From NCBI GenBank assembly GCA_018816735.1, contig JAHIVH010000036.1:20667-84666 (forward strand): 64,000 bases of DNA, given 5' to 3'. Shown piece by piece: positions 10,151 through 20,301 of the stretch. This stretch comes from Pseudomonadota bacterium. GTDB lineage: Bacteria > Desulfobacterota > Desulfobacteria > Desulfobacterales > JAHIVH01. The notes beneath the pieces were generated by a model. It was not told where the DNA came from and searched no databases. It saw only the letters and a list, made by a program, of their open reading frames with translations. The position numbers and the translations under genes were made by a program. Position 1 is the first letter of the stretch. Each line of letters starts with the position of its first letter.

Positions 10151-10813
10151 TTATTTTGCTTCGATAAGCTGAGCCATTTTATTGACCACAGTTTCGATAT
10201 CCAGATGGGTCGTATCAATTTTAATGGCATCCGGGGCTGGTTTTAAAGGAGCAATATCACGGTTTGAGTCGTTGGCGTCCCTTTTCATCATATCCTGCTC
10301 AACTTCTTCTAATGTCTGGGAACTATCAGGCCCCATTTCCCTGAATCGCCTTAAAGCCCTTTCCTTGATTGAGGCCATCATAAAAAATTTCACATCCGCA
10401 TCCGGAAACACAACTGTCCCCATATCCCGACCTTCAAACACCGCACATTTTTCCTGCCCCATTTTTTTCTGAAGCCCAAGCAGGCATCCTCTCACACAGG
10501 GTTTTGCAGAAACACGTGAAGCCATCATCGAGATTTCGGGTGTTCGGATCTGATCTGAAATATCTTTTCCATTTGAAAACAGTCTCAAGCCACTTTCTGT
10601 GATTTCAAATTTCAGATCAATGCGATCGCAAAGCGTTTCGAGATCTGTTTCAAGCTCCGGGTCTATTCCCTGTGAAAAGGTTTCAAAAGCAACCCCCCGG
10701 TAGAGTGCACCGGTATCGATATATTTATAATTCAATCGTTTAGCTAAAAGCTTGCTAACAGTTGTTTTACCGGATCCGGCAGGACCGTCGATTGTAATCA
10801 GGAATTTTTTCAT
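10151..10813 (-). CDS. cmk: Cytidylate kinase.
   Basis: ITIDGPAGSGKTT P-loop and the YKYIDTGALYR motif. I prefer the ATG at 10813 (MKKFLITIDG) to the extended ORF start at 10873. Confidence 0.93.
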   Translation of the reverse strand: MKKFLITIDGPAGSGKTTVSKLLAKRLNYKYIDTGALYRGVAFETFSQGIDPELETDLETLCDRIDLKFEITESGLRLFSNGKDISDQIRTPEISMMASRVSAKPCVRGCLLGLQKKMGQEKCAVFEGRDMGTVVFPDADVKFFMMASIKERALRRFREMGPDSSQTLEEVEQDMMKRDANDSNRDIAPLKPAPDAIKIDTTHLDIETVVNKMAQLIEAK

Positions 10814-11029
10814 GGACACCCTTTCTTCAAAGACCTGTGTGGTACGTGAACAAAAAAAATTGTTCAGCCCCATTGAAATTAAAATGACATTTAACGTTTA
10901 ATATGTTTACATTGACCGCAATCGAAAAATACGTTGAAACTGAAATATTTCAGATGGATTGTCAATAAGGATTTGCGATCATCAGGGGATAAAATATAAA
11001 GACAATAATGGGACATCAATCGATCATGA

Positions 11030-12220
11030 ATGGAGAGGTCATCTGTGATACCTGTAAAAACCGGACTTGAAAACTTTGTCACCTCATCGCAGCCAGAGTT
11101 TGCAAACAAAAAAATCGGTCTGTTATGCAACCCGGCATCTGTGGATAGCCGTCTCAGACATGCCAGAGACCTGATACACAATCGTTTTCCCGGTCAATTA
11201 AAGGCTCTTTTTTCACCTCAGCACGGTTTTTTTGCAGAAAAACAGGATAACATGATCGAATCCGGCCATTTAACGGATCGGACACTCCATATCCCGGTAT
11301 TCAGCCTGTACGGAGAAACCAGAGTGCCTGAAAAAGAGATGTTTGATTTGATCGATGCCCTTATAATTGATCTTATGGATGTGGGCACAAGGGTTTACAC
11401 CTTTATCTATACCGTATCGTATTGTCTTGAAACAGCCAAAAAGTTTGGACGGAAAATCATCATCCTGGACAGGCCAAACCCCATAAACGGTATATCCATT
11501 GAGGGTAATCTTCTGAATCCTGATTTTTCATCGTTTGTCGGTCGCTACCCCATTCCCATGCGGCATGGCCTGACCATGGGAGAGCTGGCCCTTTTCATCA
11601 ACCGCGAATTCGGCATCGATTGCGAACTTGACGTCATCCGCCTTTCCGGATGGAAAAGAAATATGTATTATGAGGATACTGGGCTTCCATGGGTACCCCC
11701 ATCACCCAATCTGCCCACGCCCGGTTCCGCGCTGGTTTATCCCGGACAAGTCATTTTTGAAGGCACCAATATTTCAGAAGGCAGAGGCACCACCCAGCCC
11801 TTTTTGCTGTTCGGTGCACCCTTCCTTGACACAGAAGAAATCACAAAAATTCTGGGCGGCAATCTTTTTCCAGGAGCAATTTTGAGACCCGTTGTTTTTG
11901 AACCCACATCCAACAAATGGAGCGGTCAGGCATGTCAGGGGTTCCAGATTCATGTCACCGATAGTGAAATTTACAATGCCTATGAAACCACCCTGACCCT
12001 TCTTCAGGCGATCATCAGGAGTTCGGGAGATGCGTTCAAATGGAAGTCGCCGCCATATGAATATGAATACGAAAAACTTCCCGTTGATCTGATCATAGGC
12101 GATCAACATATCAGGGAAAAAATTGAAACCATGATCCCACTTGAAGACATTTTTGCATCATTTAAACCGGATATCGACCGCTTCCGATCAAAAAGCGCCG
12201 CTTATCATCTTTACGAATAG
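11030..12220 (+). CDS. DUF1343 family protein (NamZ-like exo-beta-N-acetylmuramidase family).
   Basis: Family-typical blocks GLLCNPASV, FSPQHGF, IPVFSLYGE and DLMDVGTRVYT. The alternative GTG start at 11045 has a better RBS (GGAGAGG). Confidence 0.8.
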   Translation: MERSSVIPVKTGLENFVTSSQPEFANKKIGLLCNPASVDSRLRHARDLIHNRFPGQLKALFSPQHGFFAEKQDNMIESGHLTDRTLHIPVFSLYGETRVPEKEMFDLIDALIIDLMDVGTRVYTFIYTVSYCLETAKKFGRKIIILDRPNPINGISIEGNLLNPDFSSFVGRYPIPMRHGLTMGELALFINREFGIDCELDVIRLSGWKRNMYYEDTGLPWVPPSPNLPTPGSALVYPGQVIFEGTNISEGRGTTQPFLLFGAPFLDTEEITKILGGNLFPGAILRPVVFEPTSNKWSGQACQGFQIHVTDSEIYNAYETTLTLLQAIIRSSGDAFKWKSPPYEYEYEKLPVDLIIGDQHIREKIETMIPLEDIFASFKPDIDRFRSKSAAYHLYE

Positions 12221-12246
12221 AGCCATAATCATAAGGGAGACTTTCG

Positions 12247-12924
12247 ATGCCGGAAAATGATTCAGACTGGAAGCGATTGTGCTTTAAAAACAATAAAGTA
12301 TGGGCTTTGGTAGACAAAAGCGGGAATTATATTTTAAAAGAGGGCAAGGTGCTGATCAAATATCAGAAAAATCAATCCCATGAATACCTGGTTTTTGAAA
12401 CAGCCCTGAAACCGGAAAACCATCCGGATTGTGCTGCCGGTAACGCTGCAAAAAAAGCCGGTCCAAAGGCGGTGCCGCCAAAACCTTCGTCCGCATCCGC
12501 TCCAACGGAAAAAAAATTTCCCGATAATACGATTATTGTTTATACAGACGGGGCCTCCTCAGGAAATCCCGGGCCAGCAGGCATTGGCGTTCTCTTAAAG
12601 TACGGGGAACATCAAAAGGAAATTTCCAGATATATTGGCATCGGCACCAACAATATTGCAGAACTCGAGGCCATCCGGACAGCGCTTACCGAAATCAGGA
12701 AAAAAAATCTGCCGGTAAGGATCTTTACAGACAGCAGCTATGCCATAGGTGTTCTCACAAAAAGCTGGAAGGCCAAAGCCAATCAGGAACTCATCGGTTC
12801 AATCAAACATCTGATGGATGAGTTTAAGGATATCAGGCTGATCAAAGTCGAAGGCCATGCCGGGATTGAAGAAAACGAAAGAGCCGACGTTCTTGCCACA
12901 TCGGCTATAAAAGCCAGGTACTGA
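12247..12924 (+). CDS. rnhA: Ribonuclease HI with an uncharacterised N-terminal extension of about 95 aa.
   Basis: The C-terminal 130 aa carry the RNase HI blocks DGASSGNPGPAG, NNIAELEA, TDSSY and GHAG..ENERAD. Confidence 0.85.
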   Translation: MPENDSDWKRLCFKNNKVWALVDKSGNYILKEGKVLIKYQKNQSHEYLVFETALKPENHPDCAAGNAAKKAGPKAVPPKPSSASAPTEKKFPDNTIIVYTDGASSGNPGPAGIGVLLKYGEHQKEISRYIGIGTNNIAELEAIRTALTEIRKKNLPVRIFTDSSYAIGVLTKSWKAKANQELIGSIKHLMDEFKDIRLIKVEGHAGIEENERADVLATSAIKARY

Positions 12925-12930
12925 CACCGA

Positions 12931-14325
12931 TTACGGATGGCTCATCACCGACTGGTTCCGGCCTCGGGCCTTGGCTTCGTATAATGCCTTGTCAGCCAGA
13001 TTAATCAGATCTTTTTGTGTTTGCTGGTCATCCGGTACCACTCCGGCAACACCGAGGCTCAACGTCACAACCCTGTCGGTTTTGGATTCACCATGGGGGA
13101 TAGAAAGATTCCTGACTGCCTTTCTTATGATTTCAGCCACATGAAAAGCTCCCGCCACGTTTGTATTTGGCAAAATAATAACGAATTCTTCTCCACCATA
13201 CCGGGCGACCAGATCAGACGGCCGTTTTACGCTGGTTTCGATTGCCTTGGCCACGACCTGAAGACATTCATCGCCTGTCTTGTGACCATAGGTATCGTTA
13301 AAATTTTTAAAAAAATCAATGTCACACAAAATCAGTGCCAGATTATTTTTTTCCCGCCGCAACCGTTTCCATTCACTATCCAATATTTCATCAAACCGCC
13401 GACGGTTGGCGATCTGGGTCAACCCGTCCATGATAGAAATCTTTTTCAACTCTTCATTCATCTGCTGAAGTTTGATTTCCGTGCGAACCGTATTTGAAAT
13501 ATCAATGGCAAATCCGTAAAACCCACTGATGCGTCCGGAATCGTTTCTGGTGATATGGGCATAGGAAAGCGCCCAGAACGTGGACCCATCTTTTCTCTTA
13601 AGCTCGCTTCGGAATCGGTTCAGCTGTTCTGCTTCAAACAGGGAAAAAAAGAACTCTTCGGCCTTGTCTTCGTTTGCAAACATCTGGGATGCAATATCCG
13701 TCATTTTTTCGACCAGAACATCTGCGGTTTCATAACCCAGCATCCATGCCAGTTCAGGATTGGCGGTAATAAACCGCCCTTCTGAATTGGCCTGATAAAT
13801 ACCAATGGGGGCATTGCCAAAAATATCATTCAGATCTTTTTCCACCCGCTTTAATGTTTCCCTGGTCTCACGGATGGTTGTTACATCCTGAACCGCAAAT
13901 GAAATACCGGAAGGCATGCCCGATTCATTGAGAACCGGCGTATAGTAGAAATCGCAGAACAACTCGTCACCTTCCATGTTAATCATTGAAATCGTTCTTA
14001 ATTTTCTTTTTGCATTGTATAAAATATCAGAAAGGAACTGAACCAGTTCGTCCTTGTTTTCCCTGGCGGAAACAAGATCTGTCAGCAGGCGGCCACACAT
14101 CTGTTCTCTCCGGTATCCAAAAATCACTTCTGCATGTCCGCTCCATTCCGTAATTTTGTGGTCCAAATCAAGTTCAATATAGGCCAGATGCGTTCTTGCA
14201 ATAAGCTCTCTTAAAATTCTGTTTGTCTGCTGAAGTCTTTTAAGCTCATGCTCCAGTTCAGCTTCCCGTGATTTAAAAATATTGCCACACCCTTTTTGTA
14301 AATTTTCCGGGGAAACAACGCTCAT
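12931..14325 (-). CDS. PAS/PAC sensor diguanylate cyclase (GGDEF).
   Basis: A coiled-coil N-terminus, two PAS-like segments, and a C-terminal GGDEF domain with RYGGEEF. Confidence 0.9.
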   Translation of the reverse strand: MSVVSPENLQKGCGNIFKSREAELEHELKRLQQTNRILRELIARTHLAYIELDLDHKITEWSGHAEVIFGYRREQMCGRLLTDLVSARENKDELVQFLSDILYNAKRKLRTISMINMEGDELFCDFYYTPVLNESGMPSGISFAVQDVTTIRETRETLKRVEKDLNDIFGNAPIGIYQANSEGRFITANPELAWMLGYETADVLVEKMTDIASQMFANEDKAEEFFFSLFEAEQLNRFRSELKRKDGSTFWALSYAHITRNDSGRISGFYGFAIDISNTVRTEIKLQQMNEELKKISIMDGLTQIANRRRFDEILDSEWKRLRREKNNLALILCDIDFFKNFNDTYGHKTGDECLQVVAKAIETSVKRPSDLVARYGGEEFVIILPNTNVAGAFHVAEIIRKAVRNLSIPHGESKTDRVVTLSLGVAGVVPDDQQTQKDLINLADKALYEAKARGRNQSVMSHP

Positions 14326-14609
14326 TTGATTTTCCTTATTGCCATAATTTTTAAAAGCAAGCGAGGAGTCTTTCTAAAAATACCGCCTGGAACCCCCAAT
14401 ACAAAACAAAATAATCGGCACGCGATGTCCAAATGTCAATCCCCATATGGACATGAATCAAGCTAACCAGATGTTTTTTCAGTATTATTTGCATTTTTTA
14501 TCTGATTGGTATATATGGTCTTATATCGTGGAGTCAAGTTGAATCTTTATTTACAACTGAAAACACGTTCTTTAATTGACTTGAGAATGTTCCTTATAAT
14601 TCTAAAAAG

Positions 14610-16292
14610 GTGACCGCTGCCATGTCCAGATTCAGAGATCAGCTTATCCGGTTTCAAAAAAAAAATTACTGGCGCAACCTGAAACACGTGCGGGAAAACC
14701 TTTCGTATAACCCGTCTCTCATTAAATATGAAAATGAATACTTGAGCTATCTTAAAACCTATGAAGAAATTTCAAACAAAAACGAGCTGGTCAAAAAAGT
14801 AATTGCATCCGATCTGGTTTATCAGGGGGATTATCACACGTTAAGGCAATCCCAGCGACTGACATTGAGAATTTTAAGAGACATTCATGAAAAGCGGGAT
14901 ATCATCCTCCTCATGGAAATGTTTCACGCTGCAGATCAGAAATATGTGGATGATTTTCTGAAAGGCAATCTGACGGAAAACGATTTTATCCGGAAAATAG
15001 ACTATGGCAGGAAATGGCCTTTCAGTTGGCAGAGCTGGAGTTCGATTCTCTATTTCTGCAAGGAGCGCTGCATTCCTGTTATTGGTATTAACTCGGAGCA
15101 TGGTGAAGGATTAAAAAGCATCAGAAACAGGGACCAATATGCGGCCAGAGTGATTGTTAAAACCCTTTTGAGATACCCGGAAAAACTGGCCTATGTCATT
15201 GACGGCGATTTTCACATTTCCCCCAACCATCTTCCCAAAGAAGTCAATGACCTTCTGAAACTCCTGGACAATCCGGTAAGGCATCTCATCATTTACCAGA
15301 ATGCTGAAAATCTCTACTGGAAACTCTGCAAAGAAGACCGGGAGGAAGCAGATGTGCTGAAAATAAACGAAAACAGCTATTGTGTCATGAATACCATGCC
15401 GGCGAACAAAATCCAGTCCTACCTGAACTGGCTTGAGTTTTCAGAAGACGCTTATTATCCGGTAAAACGGGAATGGGAAACCGAAGGGGTGGAAGGTCAG
15501 GGAATCACCATTCAGGAGATAATTGTTTCCATAGCCTCTATCCTTGAGTTTGATCTGCCTCAAAATATCATAGAGGTCTTGTCCATACATTATGCTGATG
15601 ATTATCACTTTATTGATCATATCCACACCATAAAGGGGATCAAAGGCAAAATCCGGCTGATCAAGGAAAAAATCATAAAAGGCGAGGCGTTCCTGCTCGA
15701 ATATGAAAAGGATGGTGAGCCCCGGTACCTGATCTATCTCCCCAATTCAAATATCAATATGGCAGCAGAGGAAGCAAGCCATTTTGTCAATGCAGTATTA
15801 AGAGGCCCTCTGAAAAAATCATCCGATGCGTTTGACCGGTTTTATAAAAATGTGATCACCGAATGCCTTGGATTTTTCGGCAGCAAATTCATCAATGAAA
15901 AACGGAAATCCCATTCTGAAAATTCCATCCGCATCCTGTTAGGTCAGATCAAACGGGGAGAATATCTGAAGCTTGATCCGGTGATTCCTCAAACCGCCAA
16001 ATATATTCTTCAACACTTTTACCTTGAAAGGCAGACAACAGATCAACTGGCATTTCAGGAAAAATTTCAATCCATCTATGAAAGCAAATCCTCTACACCC
16101 ACCATATTCAGCACACAGCTTGGATACATACTGGGGAACAAACTCTATTACGCGGTAAAGAAAGGCAAATTCCCCCTGTCAAACGTCAGGGAGTACTTAC
16201 GGGATCCGTTCGATGACAAGCGGAAGGCGTATTACACCTACCTCGACATCAGTGAAAGATTGAAACAGGAAAAAGCGGTCAGCCAGTATTAA
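14610..16292 (+). CDS. Protein with an N-terminal ChaN/Tiki-like domain and an uncharacterised C-terminal half.
   Basis: GDYHT and GDFHIS motifs, spaced as in the ChaN/Tiki/erythromycin-esterase-like superfamily. I recognise no family in the C-terminal 300 aa or so. The start could be GTG 14610 or ATG 14622. Confidence 0.5.
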   Translation: MTAAMSRFRDQLIRFQKKNYWRNLKHVRENLSYNPSLIKYENEYLSYLKTYEEISNKNELVKKVIASDLVYQGDYHTLRQSQRLTLRILRDIHEKRDIILLMEMFHAADQKYVDDFLKGNLTENDFIRKIDYGRKWPFSWQSWSSILYFCKERCIPVIGINSEHGEGLKSIRNRDQYAARVIVKTLLRYPEKLAYVIDGDFHISPNHLPKEVNDLLKLLDNPVRHLIIYQNAENLYWKLCKEDREEADVLKINENSYCVMNTMPANKIQSYLNWLEFSEDAYYPVKREWETEGVEGQGITIQEIIVSIASILEFDLPQNIIEVLSIHYADDYHFIDHIHTIKGIKGKIRLIKEKIIKGEAFLLEYEKDGEPRYLIYLPNSNINMAAEEASHFVNAVLRGPLKKSSDAFDRFYKNVITECLGFFGSKFINEKRKSHSENSIRILLGQIKRGEYLKLDPVIPQTAKYILQHFYLERQTTDQLAFQEKFQSIYESKSSTPTIFSTQLGYILGNKLYYAVKKGKFPLSNVREYLRDPFDDKRKAYYTYLDISERLKQEKAVSQY

Positions 16293-16356
16293 ATTCTTCA
16301 TGCGTGTTTGAGAAGGATGCATATATGTATACGGAAAACCAAAGTGAATTGTCGTG

Positions 16357-17322
16357 TCATTTTATATCTCCTTTTTCTTTTTTCAACTTTGGTATGATCA
16401 GATGATTAATAGACTCTTTCATGCGTGAAATGCATTTAAAGCCCTCATCGATGGCTTCCTGGGCCCTGTAGAATTCAAGCAGCCCCAGATGTCGAAGACG
16501 GGGCTCCAGTATAATATCCGGCGGATCACCGGCCATCCGGCTTCTGGTAATTCGGTCCTGCATGATATTGACGGTTCCGGCGATAACTTCAAACAGACCC
16601 GGTGTCTTGTTTTTTTTCGAGCCACTGCCTATCTGGGATATAAAAGATTCAAATCCATGCCGGATTCTTGTTTGAACCTTAGAGCCAAAGCTGTGTGAAG
16701 ATTCTTCATCCATACTTGTGCCATCTTTTTCATCCGGATCATGGGTATCTTCAAAATGCCTTCCCACAATATCGCTGTTCAGATTGACGGCAATAATGAT
16801 GTCCGCACCCATAGCCCTGCATATGGAGACAGGTACGGGATTGACCAGCCCGCCATCGATAAGCCATTTACTTCCCATAAAAACCGGTTCCATGATTCCC
16901 GGAAACGACATGGATGCCCTGATGGCATCGAGAAGCAGGCCTTCCTTCAGCCAGACTTCCCTTCCGGTTTCAAGAACGGTTGCCACAGAGGCGTATGGCA
17001 AAGGCAAGGATTCAATGGTCGTTTGATCCCCCACATAATTTTTAAAAAAATTGATCAGCCGGTCGCCGACGATCACCCCGCCCCCCGTCAGTCTGATGTC
17101 AAACAAACTGAAGACTTCTTTCCAGTCGAGTTTTTTGGCCCAGGTTTCCAATTCATCCATGTATCCGGCCGCATAGATGCCCCCCACCAGGGCGCCTGCA
17201 GAACATCCGCAGACGATGTCCGGCTTGATGCCCATTTCTGCAAGACCTCTGATAATGCCGATATGGGACCATCCCCTTGCAGAGCCGCTCCCCAATGCCA
17301 GACCCAGTTTAGGTGTATTCAT
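16357..17322 (-). CDS. Patatin-like phospholipase (RssA-like).
   Basis: Oxyanion GSGSARG, nucleophile elbow GCSAG and catalytic Asp in IDGG. The ORF is open up to TTG 17544 and ATG 17514. I chose ATG 17322 (MNTPKLGLALG), which gives a typical length, but the start is uncertain. Confidence 0.8.
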   Translation of the reverse strand: MNTPKLGLALGSGSARGWSHIGIIRGLAEMGIKPDIVCGCSAGALVGGIYAAGYMDELETWAKKLDWKEVFSLFDIRLTGGGVIVGDRLINFFKNYVGDQTTIESLPLPYASVATVLETGREVWLKEGLLLDAIRASMSFPGIMEPVFMGSKWLIDGGLVNPVPVSICRAMGADIIIAVNLNSDIVGRHFEDTHDPDEKDGTSMDEESSHSFGSKVQTRIRHGFESFISQIGSGSKKNKTPGLFEVIAGTVNIMQDRITRSRMAGDPPDIILEPRLRHLGLLEFYRAQEAIDEGFKCISRMKESINHLIIPKLKKEKGDIK

Positions 17323-17596
17323 TTTTTCTCTCTTATTTTGTTCCTCTACTTCAGGCGGGCAGTTGATCCGTTTTGAAAGAAACCGGTTCAGCAGCACACC
17401 GTTGATTCCGGGCACAAATGTATTTGGAAAATTAAAATCCGTCAATGGGATAATCGGTTCGTTCGCGGATATGTTTGTTATGTCGGTTTCGCCCAGTCCA
17501 TACTTTCCGGCCATGTCAACCAGCGGTATGTCTTCCGGTGTCAACCCCCAAAATGGGTGGCCACCGCATCCAGCGTCACCGCGTTATCGCATGCCA

Positions 17597-18364
17597 TCAC
17601 TGTTCCGCAGTTATTACTGTAACCAACTCTTTTTCTTTCATAAAATGATACAGATACAGGTGTCCGAAAGATACATACCAGATATCCTTCTTGTCCTTTA
17701 TATGATCCAGATGTGCATCCCCGTAAGATACCCATTCGGCATCGCCAAGTGCCCATGGGTGAAGGTTCAGATGATAAATGCCGCCTGTATCATATACACT
17801 GTCAAACGTATGATTCAATATATTTTTATCTTCTTCGGTATCATACCCCATGCGAATGGTGAAGCCGGCAGGCGCATAGATATTGTAGTCACTTCGCCAT
17901 GGGGAAAAACCGGTGACACTGGAATTGCTGTTCCGGCTCACAAGATAGGTGCTGCTCATCATGGCCATAAGCGTCTGATTGCAGATCAGGCCAAATGGAA
18001 GAAGATAGGCATAGACATATTCGTGACTGCCGTTTTGATTGAAAACAGGCAACATGAGGTTGTCTTTGATCATGACAGATGACTGCCCGACTTCAACGGT
18101 CGCGTTCAGACAAAAAAGCGGGTCCCCCAGATGGTTTTGTGAATGCGAAACCGGTTCGATGAATCCATCGTCGATCTGATCCTGAATATGCGTCCAGGTC
18201 TCTTCAAGAAGATCGCCTGTAATAATTCCTGCACTTGCCCACAGCTGTCTTTCCTGAAATTTATTGCAGGCGGTGATAAAATTCCCGTCACTGTTGTTCT
18301 GCCAGTCATCAAAAGAAGCGGTCACAACCGCTTTCCGGTTATCATAGTATTCAGTAATCCCCAT
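17597..18364 (-). CDS. Polysaccharide deacetylase-like (CE4/NodB-fold) protein.
   Basis: SFDDW (motif 1-like) and SHSQNH (H-S/T-x-x-H motif 2-like), with appropriate spacing. Confidence 0.55.
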   Translation of the reverse strand: MGITEYYDNRKAVVTASFDDWQNNSDGNFITACNKFQERQLWASAGIITGDLLEETWTHIQDQIDDGFIEPVSHSQNHLGDPLFCLNATVEVGQSSVMIKDNLMLPVFNQNGSHEYVYAYLLPFGLICNQTLMAMMSSTYLVSRNSNSSVTGFSPWRSDYNIYAPAGFTIRMGYDTEEDKNILNHTFDSVYDTGGIYHLNLHPWALGDAEWVSYGDAHLDHIKDKKDIWYVSFGHLYLYHFMKEKELVTVITAEQ

Positions 18365-18587
18365 AAATATGACGTCAGGCAGGATTTCATTTGAAATAAT
18401 TGTAAATTAGACGGAAAAAGAAAAGTATTAACTAAATCGTTATTTCATATGATGAAAAAAAATCAACGAAAAAATGGAAGAATTTAATGCCAATCGAATG
18501 ATCAATAAAAATGATTAGCCCTATTCGCATTTTGGAATCTGATTTACATGTGTCTGCCTGGGCGGTGCTTTATGCCGGAGGCGATTT

Positions 18588-20282
18588 TCAATCAAGGCCC
18601 AGTGTACCGCCGGGGTTCAGGATATGATTGGGGTCAAAATGATTTTTTAGCGCTCTTAACACGTCCATTTGCGCTTTGCCCAGATGATTTTCCATCCAGG
18701 GGCCGATCATTTTCCCCACGCCATGGTGATGGCTCAAAGACCCCCCAAATTCGAGAATGTTGTCAATAAGCCCTTTCTGGAACGACCGGTAATCATCAAT
18801 ACCGGAAAATCGCCCGATAAAAATAAAATAGAGGTTCGTGCCCTGGGGATAAAAATGAGAGGCATGGGTCATGATGATCGTTTCCGGCCTTTTTTTTGCA
18901 AAACATCTGACACCCTGATGAAGGCGATGAAGGTTGTCCCAGGTGACACCCGTCTCCAGTGTATCGATAATGACGCCAAAATCATGAAGGTCTTCCCGCA
19001 TGTAGGGATCTTGATAGCGGCTGTGTTCCCATTTTTTCACCGGATAACCGGTCAGGCTCATGGCACTGTATTTTTTACAGATTCGCCTGACATTTTTTAA
19101 GACATTTCTCGAAAATCCCTTCTCCCCTTCAGTATGACCGATATACAGGCACCGCTCCATTTTTCGAAACCCTTTGTAATCCATGAGCTTGTCTAAGAGG
19201 GTGCCTTCGACGCCATAGAGTTTCAAGGCAACGTCAGTTTCTTCCGGATCGGAAATTCTGAATACAGAAGGTTTGCCGAATTCGCCCTGGGAAATTTCAC
19301 GGGTGGCATCCACTGCTTTTTCCCATGAAGGAAATATAAAACTGAACCGCCGCCGGTTTTCCGGCATGTATCTGAAAATTTTCAGGGTCACGCTCACGAG
19401 AATGCCGAATGCACCTTCACTTCCCATCATGATATCGTTCACCTTGGGCCCGGTGGCTGTACCCGGAAAATCAAGGGTTTTAAACATGCCCGTTGGGGTG
19501 ACATATTCCTGGCTCAACACAATATCACATGCATCGCCGTAATAGGAAGACTGCTGACCGGAACCCAGTGCCAGAATCCATCCGCCCACGGTGGAATATT
19601 CAAAGGACTGGGGAAAATGTCCGCAGGTATACCGCCTTTTGGCGTGGTGAATCTCAGGCGCCCTGTTCAAAGAATCTTCATAGGCTGGGCCCATGATCCC
19701 TGCGTCAACCGTTGCGGTCTGATTGGTTTCATTGACCTCAAGCACCCGGTTCATATGCGTGCTCATCACCAGGGAGACCCCCCCTTTTACGCATTTGAAC
19801 CCAAAGTTCACGGAACTTCCTCCCCCATAGGTGTATACCGGTATTTTTTTGTCGTTACAGTAGCGGATGACTTCCTGAACATCTTTTTTGTTCCGGGGAT
19901 GAATCACGATATCCGCCACCTGTCCGGTTTCCCCTTTCCGAAGCATCATGGCCTCTTCCATGGTCTTGCCATTTGAAAACCGGACCCGGGCATAACCGTC
20001 TGTGTTTACATTCTCCTCACCCACCATATTGCGGAAAATCTGAACCGCATTTTCAGGCATATTGACAGGTGTGGGACAGGTGACTGTTTCGTTTCCTTCT
20101 TCTTTTTTCTTTCTGAAGTCATCATCGGTCATGTGAAAGGTCTCTTTCATCAACCGGTAAAGCCGCTTGTTGGGATGCTTGAACCCGTTGGGAGCTCCCC
20201 ACTTGAAAATCGACCGGTAGGATCTGTCTAACGGTGCCTGACTCGTCCATTCCGGCATAAATTCTTTTTTAAGTCCCAACAT
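18588..20282 (-). CDS. FAD-linked oxidase, alkyl-dihydroxyacetone-phosphate synthase (AGPS)-like.
   Basis: An N-terminal extension of about 100 aa ahead of the FAD_binding_4 domain (PVYTYGGGSS), as in AGPS-type enzymes. The C-terminal FAD-oxidase domain ends in HHHGVG...LNPG. Confidence 0.85.
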   Translation of the reverse strand: MLGLKKEFMPEWTSQAPLDRSYRSIFKWGAPNGFKHPNKRLYRLMKETFHMTDDDFRKKKEEGNETVTCPTPVNMPENAVQIFRNMVGEENVNTDGYARVRFSNGKTMEEAMMLRKGETGQVADIVIHPRNKKDVQEVIRYCNDKKIPVYTYGGGSSVNFGFKCVKGGVSLVMSTHMNRVLEVNETNQTATVDAGIMGPAYEDSLNRAPEIHHAKRRYTCGHFPQSFEYSTVGGWILALGSGQQSSYYGDACDIVLSQEYVTPTGMFKTLDFPGTATGPKVNDIMMGSEGAFGILVSVTLKIFRYMPENRRRFSFIFPSWEKAVDATREISQGEFGKPSVFRISDPEETDVALKLYGVEGTLLDKLMDYKGFRKMERCLYIGHTEGEKGFSRNVLKNVRRICKKYSAMSLTGYPVKKWEHSRYQDPYMREDLHDFGVIIDTLETGVTWDNLHRLHQGVRCFAKKRPETIIMTHASHFYPQGTNLYFIFIGRFSGIDDYRSFQKGLIDNILEFGGSLSHHHGVGKMIGPWMENHLGKAQMDVLRALKNHFDPNHILNPGGTLGLD

Positions 20283-20301
20283 GTTCCGTCTCCTTATATG
20301 C

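Noticed and set aside
17177-18082. A 301-aa plus-strand ORF. Similar long ORFs occur at 16741-17376, 20281-21000, 26492-27013, 49745-50284 and 53469-53930.
   Set aside because: All lie antisense to or out of frame with ORFs carrying clear family motifs (patatin, CE4, FGGY kinase, MoxR/VWA, kinase, DASS). Their translations are low-complexity and rich in R/H/F/P, with no recognisable motifs. I read them as shadow ORFs.
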